Source: Eledone cirrhosa
Lineage: Eukaryota
Assembly: GCA_964016885.1 (NCBI GenBank)
Contig: OZ024743.1
Span: forward strand, 142,352,001-142,416,000
Length of the DNA stretch: 64,000 bases
Direction: 5' to 3'
The position numbers were made by a program, and so were the translations under genes. Below, piece by piece: positions 44,201 to 57,089 of the stretch (positions are counted from its first letter, which is position 1; every line of letters starts with the position of its first letter). The notes beneath the pieces were generated by a model. It saw nothing but the letters and a program-made list of their open reading frames with translations, did no database searches and had not been told where the DNA came from.

Positions 44201-47200
44201 GACCAAGCACCAAGCACCAAGCACCAACCACCCAGCACCAAGCACCAAGCACCAAACACCAAGCACCAAACACCAAACACCAAGCACCAAGCACCAAGCA
44301 CCAAGCACCAAGCACCAAGCACCAAGCACCAAGCACCAAACACCAAGCACCAAGCACTAAGCACCAAACACAAAGCCCCAAGTACCAAGCACAAAACACC
44401 AAACACCAAGCACCAAGCACCAATCACCAAACACCAAGAACCAAGCACCAAACACCAAGCCCCTAGGACCAAGCACCAGGCACCAAGCACCAAGCACCAA
44501 ACACAAAACACCAAGCACCAAGCACCAAGCAGCAAACACCAAGCATCAAACACCAAACACCAAACACCAAGCACCAAACACCAAGCACCAAGCACCAAAC
44601 ACCAAACACCAAGCACCAAGCACCAAGCACCAAACACCAAACACCAAGCACCATACACCAAACACCAAGCAGCAAGCACCAAACACCAAACAACAAGCAC
44701 CAGGCACCAAGCACCAAACACCAAACACCAAGCACGCAGCATCAAACACCAAGCACCAAGCACCAAACACCAAGCACCAAGCACCAAGCACAAAGTACCA
44801 AACACCAAACACCAAGCACCAAACACCAAACACCAAGCACCAAGCACCAAGCACGAAACACCAGGCACCAAGCACCAAACACCAAACACCAAGCACCAAG
44901 CACCAGACACCAAACACCAAACACTAAGCACCAAACACCAAACAACAAGCACCAGGCACCAAGCACCAAACACCAAACACCAAACACGCATCACCAAACA
45001 CCAAGCACCAAGCAACAAGCACCTAAAACCAAGCACCAAGCACCAAGCACCAAACACCAAACACCAAACACCAAGCACCAAGCACCAAACACCAAGCACC
45101 AAACACCAAACCCCAAGCACCAATCACCAAACACTAATCACCAAGCACCAAGCACCAAACACCGAGCACCAAGCAGCAAGCACCAAACACCAAGCACCAA
45201 GCACCAAACACCAAACCCCAAGCACCACAGACCAAGCACCAAGCACCAAGGAACAAACACCAAGCACCAAGCACCAAGCACCAAACACCAAGCACCAAGC
45301 ACCAAACACCCAGCACCAAGCACCAAGCATCAAACACCAAGCACCAAGCACCAAACACCAAACACCAAACACGAATCACCAAGCACTAAACAGCAAGCAC
45401 CAAACACCAAACACCAAACAGCAAACACCAAACAGAAAACACCAAACACCAAACAGAAAAGAGCTAACGCCAAACACCAAACACCAAACACCAAGCACCA
45501 AGAACCAAACACCAAACACCAAACAGCAGGCACCAAGCACCAAACACCAAGCACGAATCACCAAACACTAATCACCAAGCACCAAGCCCCAAACACCAAG
45601 CACCAAGCAGCAAGCACCAAACACCAAGCACCAAGCACCAAACACCAAGCACCAAACACCAAGCACCAAGCACCAAACACCAAACCCCAAGCACCAAAGA
45701 CCAAGCACCAAGCACCAAGGACCAAACACCAAGCACCAAGCACCAAGCACCAAACACCAAGCACCAAGCAGCAAACACCCAGCACCAAGCACCAAGCACC
45801 AAACACCAAGCACCAAGCACCAAAAACCAAACACCAAACACCAAGCATCAAGCACCAAACAGCAAGCACCAAACACCAAGCACCAAACACAAAGTCCCAC
45901 GCACCAAGCACTAAACACCAAACACCAAGCACCAAGCACCAAACACCAAGCACCAAGCACCAAGCCCCTAGCACCAAACACCAAACACCAAGCAAAAAGC
46001 ACAAAACACCAAGCACCAATCACCAAGCACCAAACACCAAGCAGCAAGCAGCAAGCACCAAACACGAACGACCAAGCACCAAGCACCAAATACCAAACAC
46101 CAAGCACCAAGGACCAAACATCAAACACCAAGCACCAAGCACAAAACGCCTAACACCAAGCACCAAGCACCAAGCACCAAGCACCAAGCACCAAACACCA
46201 AGCACCAATCACCAAACACCAAGCACCAAGCACCAAACACCAAGCACCAGGCACCAAGCAGCAAACACCAAGCACCAAGCACCAAACACCAAGCACCAAA
46301 CACAAAGCACCAAGCACCAAACACCAAACCCCAAGCACCAAACACCAAACCTCAAGCACCAAGCACAAAACACTAATCACCAAGCACCAAGCACCAAACA
46401 ACAAGCACCAAGCACCAAGCACCAGGCACCAAGCACCAAGCACCAAACACTAATCACCAAGCATCAAGCACCAAGCACCAAACACCAAGCACCAAGCACC
46501 AAGCACAAAACACCAAGCACCAAGCACCAAACACCAAACACCAAGCACCAAAGACCAAGCACGAAGCACCAAGCACCAAGCACCAAACAATAAGCACCAA
46601 GCACCAAGCACCAAACACCAAGCACCAAGCACCAAACACCAACCTCCCAGCACCAAGCACCAAGCACCAAACACCAAGCACCAAACACTAAACACCAAAC
46701 ACCAAGCACCAAGCACCAAGCACCAGACACCAAGCACTAAGCACCAAACACCAAGCCCCAAGCACCAAGCACCAAACACCAAACACCAAGCACCAAGCAT
46801 CAAACACCAAGCACCAAGCACCATGCACCTAGCACCAAACACCAAACACCAAGCACCAAGCACCAAACACCAAGCACCAATCACCAAGCACCAAACACCA
46901 AGCAGCAAGCAGCAAGCACCAAACACCAAACACCAAGCACCAAGCACCAAACACCAGATATCAAGCACCAAGCACCAAACACCAAACACCAAGCACCAAG
47001 CACCAAACACCAAGCACCAAGCACCATGCACCTAGCACCAAACACCAAACACCAAGCACCAATCACCAAACACCAAGCACCAAGCACCAAACACCAAGCA
47101 CCAGGCACCAAGCAGCAAACACCAAGCACCAAGCACCAAACACCAAGCACCAAACACAAAGCACCAAGCACCAAACACCAAACCCCAAGCACCAAACACC

Positions 47201-50200
47201 AAACCTTAAGCACCAAGCACAAAGCACTAATCACCAAGCACCAAGCACCAAACAACAAGCACCAAGCACCAAGCACCAGGCACCAAGCACCAAGCACCAA
47301 ACACTAATCACCAAGCACCAAGCACCAAGCACCAAACCCCAAGCACTAAGCACCAAGCACAAAACACCAAGCACCAAGCACCAAACACCAAACACCAAGC
47401 ACCAAAGACCAAGCACCAAACACTAAACACCAAACACCAAGCACCAAACACTAAACACCAAACACCAAGCACCAAGCACCAAGCACCAAACACCAAGCAC
47501 CAAGCACTAAGCACCAAACACCAAGCCCCAAGCACCAAGCACCAAACACCAAACACCAAGCACCAAGCACCAAACACCAAGCACCAAGCACCATGCACCT
47601 AGCACCAAACACCAAACACCAAGCACCAAGCACCAAACACCAAGCACCAATCACCAAGCACCAAACACCAAGCAGCAAGCAGCAAGCACCAAACACCAAG
47701 CACCAAGGACCAAACATCAAACACCAAGCACCAAGCACCAAACACCTAACACCAAGCACCAAGCACCAAGCACCAAGCACCGAACACCAAGCACATAACA
47801 CCAAGCACCAAACACCAAGCACCAAGCACCAAACACCAAGCACCAAACACCAAGCACCAAGCACCAAGCACCAAACACCAAGCACCAGGCACCAAGCACC
47901 AAACACCAAGCACCATGCACCAAGCACCAAGCCCCAAACACTTAACACCAAGCACCAAGCACCAAAAACCAAACACCAAGCACCAAGTACCAAACACCAA
48001 GCACCAAGCACCAATCACCATACACCAAGCACCAAGCACCAAGCACCAGGCACCAAGCACCAAGCTCCAGACACAAAACACCAAGCACCAAGCACCAAGC
48101 AGCAAACACCAAGCATCAAACACCAAACACCAAACACCAAGCACCAAACACCAAGCACCAAGCACCAAACACCAAACACCAAGCACCAAGCACCAAGCAC
48201 CAAACAACAAACACCAAGCACCAAACACCAGATATCAAGCACCAAGCACCAAACACCAAACACCAAGCACCAAGCACCAAACACCAAACAACAAGCACCA
48301 GGCACCAAGCACCAAACACCAAACACCAAGCACCAAGCACCAAACACCAAACACCAAGCACGCAGCATCAAACACCAAGCACCAAGCACCAAGCACCAAA
48401 CACCAAGCACCAAGCACCAAACACCAAGCACCAAACACAAAGCACCATGCACCAAACACCAAGCACCAAGCACCAAACACCAAGCACCAAGCACCAAACA
48501 CCAAAGCACAAGCACCAAACACCAAACCACAAGCACCAAGCACCAAACACTAATCACCAAGCACCAAGCACCAAACAACGAGCACCAAGCACCAAGCACC
48601 AGGCACCAAGCACCAAGCACCAAACACTAATCACCAAGCACCAAGCACCAAGCACCAAACACCATGCACCAAGCACCAAGCACCAAAAACCAAGCACCAA
48701 GCACCAAACACCAAACACCAAGATCCAAAGACCAAGCACCAAGCACCAAGCACCAACCACCCAGCACCAAGCACCAAGCACCAAACACCAAGCACCAAAC
48801 ACCAAACACCAAGCACCAAGCACCAAGCAACAAGCACCAAGCACCAAGCACCAAGCACCAAACACCAAGCACCAAGCACTAAGCACCAAACACAAAGCCC
48901 CAAGTACCAAGCACCAAACACCAAACACCAAGCACCAAGCACCAATCACCAAACACCAAGAACCAAGCACCAAACACCAAGCCCCTAGGACCAAGCACCA
49001 GGCACCAAGCACCAAGCACCAAACACAAAACACCAAGCACCAAGCACCAAGCAGCAAACACCAAGCATCAAACACCAAACACCAAACACCAAGCACCAAA
49101 CACCAAGCACCAAGCACCAAACACCAAACACCAAGCACCAAGCACCAAGCACCAAACACCAAACACCAAGCACCATACACCAAACACCAAGCAGCAAGCA
49201 CCAAACACCAAACAACAAGCACCAGGCACCAAGCACCAAACACCAAACACCAAGCACGCAGCATCAAACACCAAGCACCAAGCACCAAACACCGAGCACC
49301 AAGCACCAAGCACAAAGTACCAAGCACCAAGCACCAAACACCAAACACCAAGCACCATACACCAAACACCAAGCAGCAAGCACCAAACACCAAACAACAA
49401 GCACCAGGCACCAAGCACCAAACACCAAACACCAAGCACGCAGCATCAAACACCAAGCACCAAGCACCAAACACCAGCCACCAAGCACCAAGCACCAGAC
49501 ACCAAACACCAAGCACTAAGCACCAAACACCAAACAACAAGCACCAGGCACCAAGCACCAAACACCAAACACCAAACACGCATCACCAAACACCAAGCAC
49601 CAAGCAACAAGCACCTAAAACCAAGCACCAAGCACCAAGCACCAAACACCAAACACCAAACCCCAAGCACCAAGCACCAAACACCAAGCACCAAACACCA
49701 AACCCCAAGCACCAATCACCAAACACTAATCACCAAGCACCAAGCACCAAACACCGAGCACCAAGCAGCAAGCACCAAACACCAAGCACCAAGCACCAAA
49801 CACCAAACCCCAAGCACCACAGACCAAGCACCAAGCACCAAGGAACAAACACCAAGCACCAAGCACCAAGCACCAAACACCAAGCACCAAGCACCAAACA
49901 CCCAGCACCAAGCACCAAGCATCAAACACCAAGCACCAAGCACCAAACACCAAACACCAAACACGAATCACCAAGCACTAAACAGCAAGCACCAAACACC
50001 AAACACCAAACAGCAAACACCAAACAGAAAACACCAAACACCAAACAGAAAAGAGCAAACGCCAAACACCAAACACCAAACACCAAGCACCAAGAACCAA
50101 ACACCAAACACCAAACAGCAGGCATCAAGCACCAAACACCAAGCACGAATCACCAAACACTAATCACCAAGCACCAAGCCCCAAACACCAAGCACCAAGC

Positions 50201-50720
50201 AGCAAGCACCAAACACCAAGCACCAAGCACCAAACACCAAGCACCAAACACCAAGCACCAAGCACCAAACACCAAACCCCAAGCACCAAAGACCAAGCAC
50301 CAAGCACCAAGGACCAAACACCAAGCACCAAGCACCAAGCACAAAACACCAAGCACCAAGCAGCAAACACCCAGCACCAAGCACCAAGCACCAAACACCA
50401 AGCACCAAGCACCAAACACCAAACACCAAACACCAAGCATCAAGCACCAAGCACCAAACACCAAACACCAAACACCAAGCACCAAGCACCAAACACCAAA
50501 TACCAAGCACCAAGCACTAAACACCAAACACCAAGCACCAAGCACCAAACACCAAGCACCAAGCACCAAGCCCCTAGCACCAAACACCAAACACCAAACA
50601 CAAAACACCAAGTACCAATCACCAAGCACCAAACACCAAGCAGCAAGCAGCAAGCACCAAACACGAACGACCAAGCACCAAGCACCAAATACCAAACACC
50701 AAGCACCAAGGACCAAACAT
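41130..50720. repeat. Three related ~2-3 kb blocks at offsets ~2030 and ~4528 bp
   Basis: GATATC at 41673, 43703, 48231. GATCCAAAGACC at 42164, 44193, 48722. ORF pairs 43189..43413/47717..47941 and 43588..43833/48116..48361 (4528), and 45124..45372/49716..49964 (4592). Confidence 0.9.
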
Positions 50721-51129
50721 CAAACACCAAACACCAAGAACCAAGCACCAAACACCAAGCACCAAGCACCAAGCACAAAACACCAAGCACCAAGCGCTAA
50801 ACATAAAACACTAAGCACCAAGCACCAAGCACCAAGCACCAAACACCAAACATCAAACACCAATCACCAAACATCAAACAGCAAACACCAAACACCAAAC
50901 ACCAAACATCAAACAACAAATGCCAAACATCAAACGCCAAACACCAAACACCAAATACAAACACCAAACCGCAAACACCAAACACCAAACAGCGAACAGC
51001 AAACAGCAAACACCAAACACCAAGCACCAAGCACCAAGCACAAAACACCAAGCACCAAGCGCCAAACACCAAACACCAAGCACCAAGCACCAAACACCAA
51101 GCACCAAACACCAAACACCAAGCACCAAG

Positions 51130-54100
51130 CGCCAAACACCAAATACCAAGCACCAAGCACTAAACACCAAACACCAAGCACCAAGCACCAAGCACCAAGC
51201 ACCAAACACCAAGTACCAAGCACCAAGCACCAAGCACCAAGCACCAAACACAAAACACCAAGTACCAAGCACCAAGCACCAAACACCAAACACCAAACAC
51301 CAAGCACCAAGCACCAAACACCAAATACCAAGCTCCAAGCACCAAACACCAAATACCAAGCACCAAGCAACAAACACCAATCACCAAGCACCAAGCACCA
51401 AACCCCAAGCACCAAACACCAAGCACCAATCACCATACACCAAACACCAAGAACCAAGCACCAAACACCAAGCACCAAGCACCAAGCACAAAACACCAAG
51501 CACCAAGCGCTAAACATAAAACACTAAGCACCAAGCACCAAGCACCAAGCACCAGACAGCAAACACCAAACACCAAACACCAAACATCAAACACCAAACA
51601 GCAAACAACAAACAACAAATGCCAAACTTCAAACGCCAAACACCAAACACCAAATAGCAAACACCAAACCGCAAACACCAAACACCAAACAGGAAACACC
51701 AAACACCAAACAGCGAACACCAAACAGCAAACACCAAACACCAAGCACCAAGCACCAAGCACAAAACACCAAGCACCAAGCGCCAAACACCAAACACCAA
51801 GCATCAAGCACCAAACACCAAGCACCAAACACCTAACACCAATCACCAAGCGCCAAACACCAAATACCAAGCACCAAGCACTAAACACCAAACACCAAGC
51901 AACAAGCACCAAGCATCAAGCACCAAGCACCAAACACCAAGCACCAAGCACCAAGCACCAAGCACCAAACACAAAACACCAAGTACCAAGCACCAAGCAC
52001 CAAACACCAAACACCAAACACCAAGCACCAAGCACCAAACACCAAACACCAAGCACCAAGCACCAGACACCAAGCACCAAGCACCAAGCACCAATCACCA
52101 AACACCAAGCACGAAGCACCAAACACCAAACACCAAGCACGAAGCACCAAACACCAAACACCAAGCACCAAGCACCAAGCACCAAACACCAAGTACCAAG
52201 CACCAAGCACCAAACACCAAACACCAAACACCAAGCACCAAGCACCAAACACCAAACACCAAGCACCAAGCACCAGACACCAAGCACCAAACACCAAGCA
52301 CGAAGCACCAAATACCAAACACCAAGCACCAAGCACCAAACACCAAACACCAAGCACCAAGCACCAAACACCAAATACCAAGCACCAAGCACCAAGCACC
52401 AAACACCAAGCACCAAGCACCAAGCACCAAACACCAAGCACCAAATACCAAGCACCAGACACGAAGCACCAATCACCAAATACCAAACACCAAGCACCAA
52501 GCACCAAACACCAAACACCAAACACCAGGCACCAAGCACCAATCACCAAGCACCAAGCAAAAAACACAAAGCACCAAGCACCAAGCACCAAACACCAAAC
52601 ACCAAGCACAAAGCACCAAAGAGCAAAAACAAAGCACCAAGCACCAAACACCAAACACCAAACACCAAACACCAAACAGCAAACACCAAACAGCAAACAC
52701 CAAACAGCAAACAGCAAACACCAAACACCAAACACCAAGCACCAAGTACCAAGCACCAAACAACAACACCAAGCACCAAGCACCAAACACCAAGCACCAA
52801 GCACCAAACACCAAACACCAAGCTCCAAGCACCAAACACCAAACACCAAGCACCAAGCAGCAAACACCAATCACCAAGCACCAAGCACCAAACAACAAGC
52901 ACCAAACACCAAGCACCAATCACCAAACACCAAACACCAAGAACCAAGCACCAAACACAAAACACCAAGCACCAAGCACCAAACACCAAGCACCAAGCAC
53001 CAAGCACCAAACACCAAACACCAAACACCAAGCACCTAGCACCAAACACCAAGCACCAAGCACCAAGCAACAAACACCAAGCACCAAGCACCAAACACCA
53101 AGCACCAAGCACGAAACACCAAGCACCAAGCACCGTGCACCAAACACCAAGTACCAAGCACCAATCACCAAACACCAAGCACCAAGCACCAAACACCAAA
53201 CACCAAACACCTAGCACCAAGCACCAAACACCAAACACCAAGAACCAAGCACCAAATACCAAATACCAAGCACCAAGCACTAAACACCAAACACCAAGCA
53301 CCAAGCACCAAGCATCAAGCACCAAGCACCAAACACCAAGCACCAAGCACCAAGCACCAAGCACCAAACACAAAACACCAAGTACCAAGCACCGAGCACC
53401 AAACACCAAACACCAAACACCAAGCACCAAGCACCAAACACCAAATACCAAGCTCCAAGCACCAAACACCAAATACCAAGCACCAAGCAACAAACACCAA
53501 TCACCAAGCACCAAGCACCAAACCCCAAGCACCAAACACCAAGCACCAATCACCAAACACCAAACACCAAGAACCAAGCACCAAACACCAAGCACCAAGC
53601 ACCAAGCACAAAACACCAAGCACCAAGCGCTAAACAAAAAACACTAAGCACCAAGCACCAAGCACCAAGCACCAAACACCAAACATCAAACACCAATCAC
53701 CAAACATCAAACAGCAAACACCAAACACCAAACACCAAACATCAAACACCAAACAGCAAACAACAAACAACAAATGCCAAACATCAAACGCCAAACACCA
53801 AACACCAAATAGCAAACACCAAACCGCAAACACCAAACACCAAACAGGAAACACCAAACACCAAGCAGCGAACACCAAACAGCAAACACCAAACACCAAG
53901 CACCAAGCACCAAGCACAAAACACCAAGCACCAAGCGCCAAACACCAAACACCAAGCACCAAGCACCAAACACCAAGCACCAAACACCAAACACCAATCA
54001 CCAAGCGCCAAACACCAAATACCAAGCACCAAGCACTAAACACCAAACACCAAGCACCAAGCACCAAGCATCAAGCACCAAGCACCAAACACCAAGCACC

Positions 54101-54300
54101 AAGCACCAAGCACCAAGCACCAAACACAAAACACCAAGTACCAAGCACCAAGCACCAAACACCAAACACCAAACACCAAACACCAAGCACCAAACACCAA
54201 ACACCAAGCACCAAGCACCAGACACCAAGCACCAAGCACCAAGCACCAATCACCAAACACCAAGCACGAAGCACCAAACACCAAACACCAAGCACCAAGC
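51130..54300. repeat. Direct repeat of a ~1-kb block at offset 2120-2155 bp
   Basis: ORF pairs 51160..51429/53280..53549 (2120) and 51843..52094/53998..54249 (2155). CGCTAAA landmark at 51508 and 53628, also at 50795 and 56643. Confidence 0.85.
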
Positions 54301-57089
54301 ACCAAACACCAATCACCAAGCACGGAGCACTAAACACCAAATACCAAGCACCAAGCACCAAGCACCAAGCACCAAACACCAAGCACCAAGCACCAAGCAC
54401 CAAACACCAAGCACCAAACACCAAGCATCAGACACGAAGCACCAAGCACCAAGCACCAAGTATCAAGCACCAAATACCAAACACCAAGCACCAAGCACCA
54501 CACATCAAACACCAAGCACCAAGCACCAAACACCAAACACCAAACACCAAACAGCAAACACCAAACAGCAAACACCAAACAGCAAACAGCAAACACCAAA
54601 CACCAAACACCAAGCACCAAGCACCAAGCACCAAACAACAACACCAAGCACCAAGCACCAAACACCAAGCACCAAGCACCAAATACCAAACACCAAGCTC
54701 CAAGCACCAAACACCAAGCACCAAGCACCAAACACCAATCACCAAGCACCAAGCACGAAACCCAAAGCACCAAACACCAAGCACCAATCACCAAACACCA
54801 AACACCAAGAACCAAGCACCAAACACAAAACACCAAGCACCAAGCACCAAACACCAAGCACCAAGCACCAGGCACCAAACACCAAGCACCAAGTACCAAA
54901 CACCAAACACCAAGCACCAAGCACCAAACACCAAACACCAAGCACCAAGCACCAAACACTAAACACCAGGCTCCAAGCACAAAACACCAAGCACCAAGCA
55001 CCAAGCACCAAACACCAAACACCAAACACCAAGCACCGGGCACCAAACACCAAGCACCAAGCACCAAGCACCAAACACCAAACACCAAGCACCAAGCACC
55101 AAACACCAAACACCAAGCCCAAAGCACCAAAGAGCAAAAGCAAAACACCAAGCACCAAACACCAAACACCAAGCACCAAACACCAAACAGCCAACACCAA
55201 ACAGCAAACACCAAACACCAAATAGCAAAAACCAAAGAGCAAACTCCAAACACCAAACAGCAAACACAAAACACCAAACAGCAAACACCAAACAGCAAAC
55301 TCCAAACACCAAACACCAAGCACCAAGCACCAAATACCAAGCACCAAACACCAAGCACCAATCACCAAACACCAAACACCAAGCACCAAGCACCAAACAC
55401 CAAAAACCAAGCACCAAGCACCAAGCACCAAACACCATACGCCAAACACCAAACACCAAGCACCAAGCACCAAACACCAAGCACCAAGCGCCAAAGACCA
55501 AACACCAAGCACCAAGCACGAAACACCAAGCCCCAAGCACCGAGCACCAAACACCAAGTACCAAGCACCAATCACCAAACCCCAAGCACCAAGCACCAAA
55601 CACCAAACACCAAACACCAAACACTAAACACCAAACACCAAGTATCATGCACCAAGCATCAAGCACCAAGCACCAAACACCAAGCACCAAGCACCAAGCA
55701 CCAAGCACCAAACACAAAACACCAAGTACCAAGCACCAAGCACCAAACACCAAACACCAAACACCAAGCACCAAGCACCAAACACCAAACACCAAGCACC
55801 AAGCACCAGACACCAAGCACCAAGCACCAAGGACCAAACACCAAACACCAAACACCAAACACCAGGCACAAAGCACCAAACACCAAGCACCAAGCACCAA
55901 AAACCAAAGACCAAGCACAAAGCACCAAAGAGCAAACCCCAAGCATCAAACACCAAACACCAAACAACAAACAGCAAACACCAGACAGCAAACACCAAAC
56001 ACCAAATAGCAAACACCAAAGGGCAAACTCCAAACACCAAACAGCAAACACAAAACACCAAACAGCAAACAACAAACAGCAAACACCAAAGAGCAAACAG
56101 CAAACACCAAACACCAAACACCAAGCACCAAGCACCAAGCACCAAACACCAACACCAAGCACCAAGCACCAAACACCAAGCACCAAGCACCAAACACCAA
56201 ACACCAAGCTCCAAGCACCAAACACCAAACACCAAGCACCAAGCACCAAACACCAATCACCAAGCACCAAGCACCAAACCCCAAGCACCAAACACCAAGC
56301 ACAAAACACCAAGCACCAAGCACCAAACACCAAACATCAAACACCAATCACCAAACATCAAACAGCAAACACCAAACACCAAACACCAAACATCAAACAC
56401 CAAACAGCAAACAACAAACAACAAACGCCAAACATCAAACGCCAAACACCAAACACCAAATAGCAAACACCAAACCGCAAACACCAAACACCAAACAGCA
56501 AACACCAAACACCAAACAGCGAACACCAAACAGCAAACACCAAACAGCAAACAGCAAGCAACAAACACCAAACACCAAACACCAAGCACCAAACTCCAAG
56601 CACCAAGCACCAAGCACCAAGCACAAAACACCAAGCACCAAGCGCTAAACATAAAACACTAAGCACCAAGCACCAAGCACCAAGCACCAAACACCAAACA
56701 TCAAACACCAATCACCAAACATCAAACAGCAAACACCAAACACCAAACACCAAACATCAAACACCAAATAGCAAACAACAAACAACAAACGCCAAACATC
56801 AAGCGCCAAACACCAAACACCAAATAGCAAACACCAAACCGCAAACACCAAACACCAAACAGCAAACACTAAACACCAAACAGCGAACACCAAACAGCAA
56901 ACACCAAACACCAAACACCAAGCACCAAGCACCAAGCACCAAGCACAAAACACCAAGCACCAAGCACCAAACACCAAGCACCAAACACCAAACACCAAGC
57001 ACCAAGCGCCAAACACCAAGCACCAAGCACCAAGTACGAAACACCAAGCACCAATCACCAAACACCAAACACCAAGCACCAAACACCAA

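Noticed and set aside
48447-51527. 1026-aa plus-strand ORF of HQAPSTK/HQTPNTK repeats (also 29270..31846, 11181..12743, 44135..45571), superficially mucin- or heptad-repeat-like
   Set aside because: The + strand is almost T-free, so stops arise only from rare variants (CACTAAR, CACCTAG). Because 7 is not a multiple of 3, all three frames encode the same peptide. There is no unique N- or C-terminal domain, and ORF ends do not coincide with any sequence boundary. Only proteomics or ribosome profiling could rescue it.
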